The notes under the pieces are model-generated. The model was not told the DNA's origin. It did not search any database and was given only the letters and a program-made list of their open reading frames with translations. The position numbers and the translations under genes were made by a program. A stretch of DNA of 63,961 nt, filler included, from Octopus bimaculoides (taxonomy: Eukaryota), in NCBI RefSeq assembly GCF_001194135.2. It is 4 parts of 3 records of this genome, joined end to end, with 100 filler letters (N's around TTAATTAATTAA, not from the genome) between each part and the next. Parts side by side here need not be neighbours in the genome. Positions count along the whole stretch, not along the records: positions 1 to 23,295 come from NC_068992.1; 3 more parts are not named here. One strand, 5' to 3'. This document shows positions 1 to 12,035 of this stretch, piece by piece; within the stretch, counting starts at the first letter, position 1; each line of letters opens with the position of its first letter.

Positions 1-221
1 GTCTCATGCGGCCCGCTTTTCGTAAAAGGTTGCCCGTTTCTGCTATCAGGTGTCCTCTTAGATATGTAGTATTCTTGTTTGTTGAGGTACTTTGTCGTTG
101 CTCGATTACATGCCTTAAGTTTACTATAAGATGTCAAGGGAATTACTGTTTTTGAGGTGGTTGCTACAGCTGTTAGTCGTCTCTCCGTCCTTCGAGCAGT
201 GCCTTGGAGAAGCGGTAGCCT

Positions 222-261
<40 letters not shown>

Positions 262-570
262 CAGACATAGGTAGGAACAGATGAGTGAGTGAAAGACGAA
301 GAGAGAGGAAGATATATAAAGTGAGGGGAAAGAAAGAGAGAGAGAGAGAGAACAACAAAAAAAGAGTATGAGAAAGAGATTGACAAAGAGTGTGCGTGTG
401 AGAGAGAAAGGAAGAGGAAGAGATGAAAAGAGGGAGTGAGAGACATAATATCTGTGAAAATGAGAGAGAAAGAGTGAGATGGAAGCCGTCTGGATGTTAG
501 ATAGAAAGAGCTAGTAAAAGAGGAACGAGTGAAATAGAAAGACAAGGAGTGTATGTTAGAGAAGCAGAGA

Positions 571-635
<65 letters not shown>

Positions 636-1090
636 GTGGTAGAATTTAAAATAAATTAGGTTGCTGTGACAAGTCAGTCGTTTATTTAGTAGAAAACAGT
701 GTCGACTAGTTATATGTACGTACGTGTGTGTGTATATATATAGAGAGAATGAGAGAGAAAGAGAGTAACAACTTCACTATTTATGTGTGGACACAGACAT
801 CCACACCTACATTCACATATACATCCACATATATATTTATATCTGTATGTATGTAAGTATGATATATATATGCATGTGTGTGAGAGAGAGAGAAACTGTA
901 AAGATAGATATGTGTGTGCGCGCGTGTATGTGTAACTATGTATGCATGTATACATGTTAACGTCGGTGTGGGGGCTTTTGTGTCGTTCCCTAAAATACCC
1001 AGCCAAATGGGCTGTGAGTGTGTGTGAAATTGACGTGTTTGAGTTTATTCTTCCTAAAGACGTGATGTAGTTTCGGGTTTGATTCTTGAC

Positions 1091-1361
1091 CGATGGTTCT
1101 CAACCGGGGTCCTCCGGGGTCCACATGAACTTTATGGGGTCTATATGAGATTTTGTTGTTAAAATTTTATCTGCAATAAATTGGTTTATATTTCTACAAT
1201 ACACAAAATATTTCATACAATTTTTTTTTTTCATACAATTCCTAATAATATTTTATTATGACAATATAATAGGATTTTTAAAAAATACTGAATAAGTATA
1301 AGGGTCCAGTAAAATGGGAATCAAAAGGGACCTATACGCAAAAAATGGCCGAGAAACACTG
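1091..1361. mobile_element. hAT (Charlie-like) MITE with 8-bp TSD, followed by a second truncated copy from 1370
   Basis: Ends CGATGGTTCTC...GAGAAACACTG. Flanks TTCTTGAC (1083-90) and TTCTAGAC (1362-69) fit the NTCTAGAN preference. Confidence 0.65.
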
Positions 1362-1443
1362 TTCTAGACCGATTGTTCTCAACCGGAATCAGCATCACCT
1401 TTGTGGTCCCAAATAAGATTTTATTGTTAAGATTTACGTACGT

Positions 1444-2415
1444 CTTCTACAATAACCTAGAGCCGGCCAAAGCCTTGTGAGTGGATTTGGTAGACGGGAA
1501 CTGAAAGAAGCCCGTCGTATTGCCCTAACTCTTCGAAACGCCAGTATTAGAATAGTGGCAGCTGATGAAGGAAATGTTCTCTATGTGGCCTGTGTTTTCT
1601 GTACTTGTTTATCATTTTGTCTACGTTTTGTTTGCAATGTCCTGTACCCAGATATGCATCTATATATACAGGTAGATGTATGTACACACATGTACGTATA
1701 TATGCATATACTCATTTATTATTTGTATTATATATATATATATATATATATNNNNNNNNNNNNNNNNNNNNNNNNNNNNNNNNNNNNNNNNNNNNNNNNN
1801 NNNNNNNNNNNNNNNNNNNNNNNNNNNNNNNNNNNNNNNNNNNNNNNNNNNNNNNNNNNNNNNNNNNNNNNNNNNNNNNNNNNNNNNNNNNNNNNNNNNN
1901 NNNNNNNNNNNNNNNNNNNNNNNNNNNNNNNNNNNNNNNNNNNNNNNNNNNNNNNNNNNNNNNNNNNNNNNNNNNNNNNNNNNNNNNNNNNNNNNNNNNN
2001 NNNNNNNNNNNNNNNNNNNNNNNNNNNNNNNNNNNNNNNNNNNNNNNNNNNNNNNNNNNNNNNNNNNNNNNNNNNNNNNNNATATATAAACGTAAACAAA
2101 CAAACGAAGTTTGCTTTTAGAAGCGTTGAGATGTCTTAGAAAGTTAAAGAAATATATATGTGTGTGTATATTAGTATATGTATATATGTATATGTGTGTT
2201 TATATGGATATGTGTGTGTGATCTTTTAAGATCCGTGGTGTGTTTATGTCCGCCGTAACTTAGCGGTTCGGCAAATAAGAGACTGATAAACTAAGTACTA
2301 GGCTTGCAAAGAATAAGTCCTGGGGTCGATTTCTTCGACTAAATATCCTTTACGACGGTGCTCCAGCATGGCCGCAGTCAAATTGACTGATACGTGTAAA
2401 AGAATAAAAGAATAA
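1444..2415 (+). mobile_element. 5'-truncated SINE family A with an extra internal module and a gap
   Basis: Body match at 1444-1520 and tail match at 2230-2415. The module at 1585-1735 recurs at 7150-7325. Confidence 0.75.
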
Positions 2416-2630
2416 ATTGGACATACTTCTACAGAAAGGCCATGAGGGTCCAGAAAAGTAAAACAGGAATCAAAGGGATCCATAGGTAAAAAGAAAATGG
2501 TTGGGAGCCACTAGACTAAATCCTTCAATGCAGTGCTCCAGCATGGTCGTAGTCGATGACTGAAACGAATAAAAGGTAAAGATTAACAATATTGTTGATC
2601 TGCTTAACCTCTCAACCTTTCATACACCCC

Positions 2631-2675
<45 letters not shown>

Positions 2676-3464
2676 CCTCTCTCTCTCCTTGTAATTCTAT
2701 CTGTCTATTTATCTGAAGAGGAATATTATGTTTCNNNNNNNNNNNNNNNNNNNNNNNNNNNNNNNNNNNNNNNNNNNNNNNNNNNNNNNNNNNNNNNNNN
2801 NNNNNNNNNNNNNNNNNNNNNNNNNNNNNNNNNNNNNNNNNNNNNNNNNNNNNNNNNNNNNNNNNNNNNNNNNNNNNNNNNNNNNNNNNNNNNNNNNNNN
2901 NNNNNNNNNNNNNNNNNNNNNNNNNNNNNNNNNNNNNNNNNNNNNNNNNNNNNNNNNNNNNNNNNNNNNNNNNNNNNNNNNNNNNNNNNNNNNNNNNNNN
3001 NNNNNNNNNNNNNNNNNNNNNNNNNNNNNNNNNNNNNNNNNNNNNNNNNNNNNNNNNNNNNNNNNNNNNNNNNNNNNNNNNNNNNNNNNNNNNNNNNNNN
3101 NNNNNNNNNNNNNNNNNNNNNNNNNNNNNNNNNNNNNNNNNNNNNNNNNNNNNNNNNNNNNNNNNNNNNNNNNNNNNNNNNNNNNNNNNNNNNNNNNNNN
3201 NNNNNNNNNNNNNNNNNNNNNNNNNNNNNNNNNNNNNNNNNNNNNNNNNNNNNNNNNNNNNNNNNNNNNNNNNNNNNNNNNNNNNNNNNNNNNNNNNNNN
3301 NNNNNNNNNNNNNNNNNNNNNNNNNNNNNNNNNNNNNNNNNNNNNNNNNNNNNNNNNNNNNNNNNNNNNNNNNNNNNNNNNNNNNNNNNNNNNNNNNNNN
3401 NNNNNNNNNNNNNNNNNNNNNNNNNNNNNNNNNNNNNNNNNNNNNNNNNNNNNNNNNNNNNNNN

Positions 3465-3625
3465 TCAAAGGACCAGCCTTGTTACACTCTGTTTCACGCT
3501 GAATCTCCCGAGAATTACGTTAAGGGTACACGTGTCTGTGGAGTGCTCAGCCAGTTGCCCTTTAATTTCACGAGCAGGCTTTTCTAATTGGATCAGCTGG
3601 AACCCCCGTCGTCGTAAGCGATGGG
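3465..3625 (+). mobile_element. SINE family D, 3' half
   Basis: Body match starting at a gap edge. Confidence 0.85.
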
Positions 3626-3639
3626 GTGTTATATATGTA

Positions 3640-3674
<35 letters not shown>

Positions 3675-3676
<2 letters not shown>

Positions 3677-3860
3677 CCATGATTGACCGCTAGCCACTAA
3701 AGCCTTACTCTCTCCCTTCTTTCTCGTGTTCCTTTCTGTTGAAGAGCGTAGGCTTGAAACGTTAAAGACTTTCTCACCTTCCCGAGCGTTAAACTAATAC
3801 ACCTGTTTGGTGTTTACACACCGGTCTTCGTCTTTTGTTTTTTGTAAATTCCAACTATAT
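3675..3860 (+). mobile_element. ~190-bp (TA)n-flanked repeat carrying a hammerhead-like motif (3732-3767), family E copy 1
   Basis: CTTT-CTGTTGA-A-GAGCgtagGCTT-GAAAC-GTT-AAAG. Alignable along its length to 13533-13732. Confidence 0.65.
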
Positions 3861-4185
3861 GTGTGTGTGTGTGTGTGCGCGTGTGTGTGTATACACACGC
3901 AGATACATATATGTATGAATATATATACACATATACATATATGTACGTGTGTGTATGTGTGTGTATTATGCATGCAGTATGTATGTATATATGTATGTAT
4001 GTATACGATGGGCTACCTGCCAGTTTTCTCAATTCATTCACAAAGCCCGAGGCTGTAGTTGAAGGCACTTGTCGAAAATCAAATATCTGATTATTATACG
4101 TTTGTAAAGTTAAAACACACACGTGCACGCGTTCGCATACACGCACGCACACATACACAAACATATACATACAGAGATGATATTT

Positions 4186-4334
4186 TAAGTATTTCAGTTT
4201 CCCGCTATCAACTCCACTCTAAAGGTTTTGGTCAGCCCGAGATTATTGTAGAAGAAACTTGCCCAATGTGCCGCGCAGTGGGACTGAACAGAAGGTCACA
4301 CGGCTGGAAAGCAAACTTCTTAATTATACAGCCA

Positions 4335-4336
<2 letters not shown>
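4186..4336 (-). mobile_element. SINE family A, 5' half
   Basis: Reverse-complement match to the head and body. Confidence 0.75.
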
Positions 4337-4393
<57 letters not shown>

Positions 4394-4394
4394 T

Positions 4395-4791
4395 ACAAAA
4401 TTAAGGGATCAGCAACAGTTGCTTCACCACATACCGAAGTTCAGAAATAGCAGCTAAAATGAGGGATGATGAGCTAGCTGGCCTATGTAAGTTTGGAGAT
4501 GTTTTCAAACTGTGCCGATTGTGTGATGGCGCTCGGTCACACATGCACATTTGCTAGCATCGTCGAATTTGCAACTGGAATATCATACTGATGAGGTAAT
4601 GAAGAGTTTTTCCTTCTAAGCCAGAAACATGTATATGATTAACTATGACTAGTTTAGTTCGTTATTCTTTTCTTCTTGTTTTGCCTTTGTGAGTTACAGG
4701 TAATGCTATCTGTTGGAGTTTCAGCATTTTAGCTGCTATTTCTGAACTTCGGTATGTGGTGAAGCAACTGTTGCTGATCCCTTAATTTTGT
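4395..4791 (+). mobile_element. 397-bp element with 67-bp perfect inverted repeats enclosing a hammerhead motif (probable non-autonomous Penelope-like derivative)
   Basis: 4395-4461 is the exact reverse complement of 4725-4791. The HHR lies in the spacer. The element abuts (TA)n and has no clear TSD. Confidence 0.75.
4582..4639 (+). ncRNA. Type I hammerhead ribozyme motif
   Basis: Stem I ATCATA(4582-87)/TATGAT(4634-39); core CTGATGA 4588-94; stem II GGT..GAAG/CTTC..GCC plus an extra A; GAAAC 4624-28; palindromic stem III ACATGT; GUA cleavage triplet (cut after 4633). A distal stem I helix AACTGG(4573-78)/CTAGTT(4649-54) is also possible. Confidence 0.75.
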
Positions 4792-5081
4792 TTATAAATG
4801 TATAAGAACTTTTAAATAAGTTCCTCACCGATAATGGTGCTTATATACCGAAGGGCTTGGTAAAAATTATTAATTATTAATTTATTAATAAATTGATAAT
4901 CCTTTACCCTTTTAATTGTGATATAGATAGAGAGATAGATAGATAGATAGATTAATGCATGTCTGTGAGACTGTATGTCCGTGTGCATCTATACATGCAT
5001 ACATAAATATATTCATCTTTACATTTATGCATACATACATACATACATACATAAATACATACATGCATATACATATTTACA

Positions 5082-5169
<88 letters not shown>

Positions 5170-5410
5170 TATGTGTATGTGTGTTTGTGTGTGTGTGTGT
5201 GTGTGCGTGCGTGAACCTGTGTGTCTGGATAGATATAAGGATATATATGTGTGTTATGTGTGTATGTATGAGTAATGTACATACACGTATTTACATAGAA
5301 AGTTTTGAAGAAATTTTTCGAAATAAAATCAAACATCAAGCAATTCTAAATAATTCGGAACAGACCAAACAAGGGAAAAGAGGGGGAGGAACCTCTCCCA
5401 CCTCCATCAA

Positions 5411-5457
<47 letters not shown>

Positions 5458-5467
5458 TAATAATAAC

Positions 5468-5518
<51 letters not shown>

Positions 5519-5927
5519 GGATAAGTAAAAAGCTAACAAGACCTAAAATCCCGACAAAACTAACAATAGTTGTTTTACTGTGCTTCTTGGAATGTAGTCT
5601 ATTTACACCATATGTTTAATACATAACAAGGAATTCTTCAGAATAAAAGGAATGGTTTTGTCTTTAGTTGGGGTAACGGGTTGCTGTTGTTGTTGTTGTT
5701 GCTTTATGTTTGTTTTAATTTTGACAGATATTATTTCTATTATTTAAGACGAGGAAACTGTGTTACTGTAATCTTAATGGTGAAATGTTTCTATTCGCTC
5801 GTCGTCGTCGTCGTCGCCGCCGCGGCCGCTGCTGCTGTTGCTATTTCGTCGCAGGCCGGTTCTGTACGAGCGCATCTACCATATTTATTTGGCATTCAAG
5901 TTGACGTAGTATTATACACTCTAAACT

Positions 5928-6472
5928 TGTAGTTCTCGATCATTATTTTTAACTATGGCCCCCTTTGATTACTATTTTTTTTAAAATTCAGGTGGATCCC
6001 CATTGCCATTCGATGTCTTAAAACCAATTTTATCGATACTTCTTTCCAAATTCCTATTTTGTGTGTCACACATTCCCTTGTGGAGGCTAAACTATGTAAA
6101 ACACCAGAGAAAGAAACGTTAGTGTTTCTAGTAATAAAATACATCTAAAGCAAAAAAAAAAAAAATTTCATGAACCCTTAAAATACTATAATGAACCCAA
6201 TTTACTATTTTGCTTGTNNNNNNNNNNTTTTTTTTTTTTTTTTTTTTTTTTGCTGGTTGTAAATTAGACTTGTAACTACAAAAACTTTGTACTTCCTATA
6301 TTCTAAGAAAAACATTGTCAACTTGAAAAAACACCTGATTCTCTTAAAACTCTATCGAACCTAAAATTTTTAGAAATTCAATATAATCATAGTTCTGGCT
6401 TTGTGGGGGGTCCACCAGAATAAAACGGTAATCAAATGGAACCACAGGTGAAAAAATGTTTGAGAACCAATA
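5928..6472. mobile_element. Degraded hAT MITE of the same family as 27274-27694
   Basis: Internal sequence aligns with the 27.3-kb copy (GATACTTC..AAATTCCTATT..AACTATGTAAAA..AGAGAAAG). Ends in TTTGAGAACCA. Confidence 0.55.
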
Positions 6473-7002
6473 ATTTATAGAAACAAGACTGAAATTAACT
6501 GACCTACTTTGACAGTTTTCCCTTCTGGCCATCCTTACTCCCATCCCTTTATCCACACTCTACCCGACGATCAAACATCATAGTGGGACGGCTATCAATC
6601 AAATTTCTGTTTTGTACTTTTTATGTTTAATTATACTGGCGGTGACTAAACTCAAGGTAGCTAGCCCTCTACCCCGTATGTCATCGACACATAATCATTT
6701 TTATTTCATGCTTTTCTTGTTGTAGTTGTTGTTTTGTTTAGGTGTTAATCGTGTCTGCCTTCTTAATATTCGAAGTAAAAACAGTGAACGGGAGAAGAAA
6801 AACAGCCACGGGAATAAGTTTCAGTTTTTGATATAGGGAAAAAGATAAGATATGACAAAAAAAAAACGATTTCACATTACTATAAATATATACTTTATAG
6901 TACACACACACATACATTATATTCATGCACACATATATACACACATGCATACATACAAACATACATACATACACAAACACGCACAAAAATTTATAGACAT
7001 AA

Positions 7003-7110
7003 ATGTACGTGGTTCCTGGTTCTGTTCCACTGCGTGGCACCTTGGGCAGGTGTCATCTACTATATCCTTGTGAGTGGATTTGGTAGATGGAAACTGAAAG
7101 AAGCCCGTCG

Positions 7111-7154
<44 letters not shown>

Positions 7155-7325
7155 GCCTGTCTGTTTTCTGTGCTCTGTTTATGTTCTGTTTTTCATTTTG
7201 TCCACGTTTTTTCTGTGACGTCCTGTACCCAGATATGCTTCTATATATACATGTAGATGTAGGTATGTACATACATGTACGTATATATGCATATACTCAC
7301 ATATTATTTGTATTATTATATATAT
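7003..7325 (+). mobile_element. SINE family A 5' part plus the same internal module as 1585-1735
   Basis: GTGGCACCTTGGGCAGGTGTC...GAAAGAAGCCCGTCG, then a CCTGTACCCAGATATGC-containing module. Confidence 0.75.
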
Positions 7326-8344
7326 ATTAAAATGTCCGCTTCCATTGATCCGGATACTTCCGCCTTCATAGATACTTATACATTCCTGGCTTAGCTACCT
7401 GTCTATTTCCTTCCCGTAATATTTCATAGCTGGAAATTCCCCCCACACCGCCACCAAAAAAATCCTCCGTAATAAATTCTTGGGTTATTGTTGACAAATA
7501 AGGTTTTTATGCTCGCTGGATCATTAAAATATAGGACTTAGGGAACGTCCAGCCAAAGTTTCTATTAGTATTCTGTTTTTATTTATTTATTTATTTTTCT
7601 TCCGTAATGAATTCTTGGGTTATTTTTGCCAAATGAGGGGAATATTTGTGGTTTCCGTGCCTGTTTATAGTTATCTTTTAAAAAAATTTTTTTAATGTAT
7701 CATATAGATGTAATTTTTGACGCTGAATCCGAATTTGTTATTCATTTATTCAAGAATAATGTTGCAAATATGTTACAGGTATTCAAAGTTTGATAATTTT
7801 CAAAATTTTCAGCCAATCACAAAACAGCACGTTCGCTGCCTCTTCCATCATNNNNNNNNNNGGGGGGGGGGGGCATCGGCATGTCAAAACATTAAACTAG
7901 TATTTTATAAAGTAAATTATCTTTTTCGTATCTCCTTGTCCTCCTTGTGCATATGCACAGCATCTTCGGTTAGTATGGAAACAGTTCTTCGCAATCAGCT
8001 ATGTAACACGAGGTGCTTCTTTGCTTTGGTTACTATGGAAATAGAAATTTTCGCCACGGTGATACATAAAATATTCGTTTCTGATTGGCTAAAATACACA
8101 AATTTTGCAAATTTCAAAGGCTAATAACTTTTTAATTATGGATTTATGGGAACAATAAATTTCATTTTCATAATTGGTATACAAAACTTAAGCCATCTAC
8201 CAAATTTGAAAACAACTGGAACGAAATTGTAAACACCGACGAAAGCCACAAAGACTCGAATGAGGTTCTATACTCGTTGGGTCATTAAAAAATGTTTATG
8301 TTGTTAAAATATGATTTGTTTTTGGTTTCATTATTTCATTCAAA

Positions 8345-8945
8345 GTAGCAGGCATGGCTATGTGCTTAAGAAGCTCACCTTGCTGTCACGCGGTTTCAGG
8401 TTCAGTCCCACAGTGGGAAACTTTTAACCAACTGTTTTCTATCATACTATAACACTATGACCACGGAATGGCCAAAGCCTTGTGAATGAATTTGATTGAC
8501 GGAAGCTGTGTGAAAGCCTGTTATATATTTGTGTGTGTGTGTGAGTGTGTGTATGTGTGTGTGCGCGCGTTTCTTTACGTTTGTTTGTCCACTACTATAT
8601 ATGATGGGCTTTTTCCAGTTTCTATCTACCAAATCTTTTTCTTGTACATACCCCAAACGTTTTCGATTCCTTTTGATCGTCGTCCCTACTATTTTTTTTT
8701 TACCTTTTTTTTTTCGCCCCCATCGAAAAGAAAAACTCTACATTGTATTTGTCCCATCTGTGTTCAGCCCTGTGTGGCTAATAAAGAAAATTATCTACCA
8801 AATCTACTCACCAAATCTATCTACCAAATCTACTCACAAGGCTTTAATCGGCCCGAGACTATTGTAGGATACACTTCCCCAAAGTTGCTACGCAGTGAGA
8901 TTGAATCCGGAACCATTCAAAATGGTTGGCACGCTGGACAAATTC
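8345..8945. mobile_element. Cluster of degraded SINE family A halves (8345-8525 on +; 8592-8945 on -)
   Basis: Head and body matches in opposite orientations. Confidence 0.65.
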
Positions 8946-8949
8946 TTTA

Positions 8950-9125
8950 ATGGCATTTTGTCCGGCTTTGCTTTCTGATTTTGAATTCCTGTGAGGTCGA
9001 TTTTTACCTTTTATCCTTTCGGAGTCGATGAAATATATACCGGTTGGGTACTTAGGTTGATGTAATCGACTAGCCCTTCCCACCTCGAAATTCCAGACCT
9101 TGTGCCTATATTATAAAGGATTATT
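8950..9125 (+). mobile_element. SINE family C, 5'-truncated
   Basis: Core and tail match. Confidence 0.7.
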
Positions 9126-9254
9126 ATTAATAGTACTCGTATTAAGAGTACCGCTACCTGGGATGCCCTTTAATGATCGGGGTGGTCCAGGTCGGAGCGT
9201 TCTTTGGTTGTCCGATATTATCTTCAATCTTTTATTTTTTTTACCAGTTTTAGT

Positions 9255-9400
9255 TATTAGACTGCGGCCATGCTGGGGAACCGTCTTCAAGAATTTTTAG
9301 TCGGATGAATCGACCCTGGTACTTATTTTATCGATCTCTTTTGCCTAACCACCAAGTCACAGCGAAGTAAGCACACCAACACCGGTTGTCAAGCGGTATT
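9255..9400 (-). mobile_element. SINE family A, 3' half
   Basis: GACTGCGGCCATGCTGG...CGACCCTGGTACTTATT...CCGGTTGTCAAGCG. Confidence 0.75.
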
Positions 9401-9507
9401 TAGGGGTATGAACACAGACACACACACACACACACACATAAATATATACATATACACATAACACAATATACATATACACACATATATATATACATATATA
9501 CACACGA

Positions 9508-9546
<39 letters not shown>

Positions 9547-9878
9547 NNNNNNNNNNNNNNNNNNNNNNNNNNNNNNNNNNNNNNNNNNNNNNNNNNNNNN
9601 NNNNNNNNNNNNNNNNNNNNNNNNNNNNNNNNNNNNNNNNNNNNNNNNNNNNNNNNNNNNNNNNNNNNNNNNNNNNNNNNNNNNNNNNNNNNNNNNNNNN
9701 NNNNNNNNNNNNNNNNNNNNNNNNNNNNNNNNNNNNNNNNNNNNNNNNNNNNNNNNNNNNNNNNNNNNNNNNNNNNNNNNNNNNNNNNNNNNNNNNNNNN
9801 NNNNNNNNNNNNNNNNNNNNNNNNNNNNNNNNNNNNNNNNNNNNNNNATCATGATCACGATCATCCTCATCCTCATCC

Positions 9879-9923
<45 letters not shown>

Positions 9924-10237
9924 ATATCACCACCATCAACGCCGTCGTTATTATTCAACGCTGAACTTGTTCTAAACTTCACTCACGCTCATATATTTAT
10001 AACGGTTTCTTTGAAGTTTCCATGTATTCTATGAATGATAGTTTTATGTTTAGAAACAAGATCGTAGTGGAAAAGGGGACATACAGTATGTTAAGGGCTT
10101 TCGTTTTGAAAGGAGTCGAGATGATTGTGGGAGGGGTATTCAACCTGACCCATTTCATTCAACTTGTCCCACTTCCGCGAACACCTGTGAGTACATGTAC
10201 GGTAATTCTGCATGTACCGAATCACTGTAACTTCTAA

Positions 10238-10295
<58 letters not shown>

Positions 10296-10374
10296 AAACA
10301 TACATAGCCAAACACCTATATATATATACATGCACATATACATATACAGATACAAACTCACACTTGCAAACGCA

Positions 10375-10523
10375 ACGTTCTGAGTTCAAATTCCGCCGAG
10401 GTCGACTTTGCCCTTTCATCCTTTCGGGGTCGATAAATTAAGTACCAGTTGTGTACTGGAGTCGATCTAATCGACTGCCCCACCTCCCACAAAATTTCAG
10501 ACCTTGTGCCTCTAGTAGAGCGG

Positions 10524-10603
<80 letters not shown>

Positions 10604-10793
10604 GGCCACGAGCTGGTAGAATCGTTAGTACGCCGGGTAAAATGCTTAGCGGTATTTTGTTCTGAGTTCAAATTGCGCCAAGGTCGACTTTGTCTTTCAT
10701 CTTTTCGGGTCGATTAAATAAGTACGCACTGGGGTCGATATAATCAACTTAATCCCTTCCCCCAAATTTGAGGCCTTGTGCTTCCAATAGAAA

Positions 10794-10797
<4 letters not shown>
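10375..10797 (+). mobile_element. Two tandem tRNA-derived SINE family C copies (10375-10527, 10604-10797), each with an (ATT)n tail
   Basis: GAGCTGGTAGAATCGTTAG A-box-like and GAGTTCAAATT B-box-like motifs, GTCGACTTTG..CTTTCATC core, GGCCTTGTGC..(ATT)n end. Confidence 0.9.
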
Positions 10798-10834
<37 letters not shown>

Positions 10835-10860
10835 ATGACCTTTCTTTTGGTATATTTCAG

Positions 10861-11285
10861 GACAGAAAACTATATTAACAGTTCTACTACATCGGAACCG
10901 GCCCCTAGTGCGGAAGCAGTAGGTGAGGGAATCGTACTCATCATCATCTGTTTGTTTGCGTTTTTCGGTAATACTTTGTTATGTACAGTAATACTAAGGA
11001 CACGTTCGTTAAGAAACAGCTCAACATATTTGATCCTTTGTCTTTCTATATCGGATATCGTAGTCACTGTGGTGAATATGCCATTGACCATTTTCTCTAT
11101 ATTCAAAGGAATTTGGCCATTCACGGAGGATGATTGTGTTGCGTTGGGCTACATAAATATGGTTAGTTTTATTGCCAGTGTCATGTCTCTCACTGCCATA
11201 AGTCTGAACCGCTATTTTAGAATATGTCGTTCCCTGCACTTCAAATCGATGTTTACTTTCAAGAAGACAATGATGATGGCTTTTG
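10861..11285 (+). CDS. Internal coding exon of a class A (rhodopsin-family) GPCR, N-terminus end through TM1-TM3 and ICL2; melatonin-receptor/Tre1/Moody-like
   Basis: Acceptor ttggtatatttcAG ends at 10860 and donor G|GTAAGT starts at 11286 (425 nt; phase 2 in, phase 1 out). Open frame reads TENYINSSTT...EGIVLIIICLFAFFGN (GN1.50)...YLILCLSISD (D2.50)...WPF...C3.25...SLTAISLNRYFRIC (NRY in place of DRY). The MLPIEILLLL start of the track ORF is intronic (ATT)n. Confidence 0.93.
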
Positions 11286-11340
11286 GTAAGTAGTTTTTTT
11301 ATCTTTCTTTTCTAACCTTCATTATTTAACTCTCTATTAA

Positions 11341-11560
11341 GGCGGTAAGTTGGCAGACTCGTTAGCACACTAGACGAAATGCTTAGCGGTATTTCGCCCG
11401 TCACTACGTTCAAAGTTCAAATTCCTCCGAGGTCGGCTTCGCTTTTCATCCTTTCGGGGGTCAATAAATTAAGCACCAGTGAAATACTGGGGTCGATGTA
11501 ATTGACTAGTCCTCTCTCCCCCAAATTTCAGGCCTTGTGCCTCAAGTAGAAAGGATTATT
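11341..11560 (+). mobile_element. SINE family C, full length
   Basis: GGCGGTAAGTTGGCAGACTCGTTAGCAC...AGTAGAAAGGATTATT. Confidence 0.9.
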
Positions 11561-11631
11561 TAACTCCCTATCTATCCTGCAAACTGTTTCTGTTTCTGTT
11601 GCCTGTATTCGCTACACCTTTCTATATAAGA

Positions 11632-12035
11632 CTCCTTTCTACTATAGACACAAGGTCTGAAATTGTTGAGTCGGGGCTAGTCGATTACATCAATCGCAGT
11701 GCTCACGCAGCTGGTACTTAATTTCATGAAAGCCGAAAGAATGAAAGTCAAGATCAATCTCGGCAGAATTTGAACTCAGAACGTAAAACCGGAAGAAATG
11801 CCGCTAAGTCCAGCGTGCTAACAATTCTGCCAGTTTACTGATTTATGATTCTGTCTGCTCCGCTTCTGATTTAGGCACAAGGCCAGTAATTTTTAGTCTA
11901 ACGGAAGTAATCAATATCATCATAGACCCGGAAACAATGAAAGGCAAAATTCGATGTTAGCAACATTTGAAATCAGAACGTAAAGTGCCAGAAAAAATGC
12001 TGCTTAAGCAGTTTGTCCAATGTTCTAACGATTCT
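11632..12035 (-). mobile_element. Two antisense SINE family C copies (11632-11836, ~11870-12035)
   Basis: Reverse-complement matches to the family C consensus. Confidence 0.8.

Noticed and set aside
1530-1575. GAAAC...CTGATGA as a permuted (type II) hammerhead
   Set aside because: Stem I and stem II pair by only 2-3 bp and there is no convincing geometry.
7660-8260. Possible MITE with imperfect internal inverted segments (CAGCCAATCA / TGATTGGCT)
   Set aside because: Termini and TSD could not be defined.
10778-10860. MLPIEILLLLLLLL... apparent signal peptide of the GPCR ORF
   Set aside because: It is a SINE end plus (ATT)n read in frame; a good splice acceptor lies at 10859-60.
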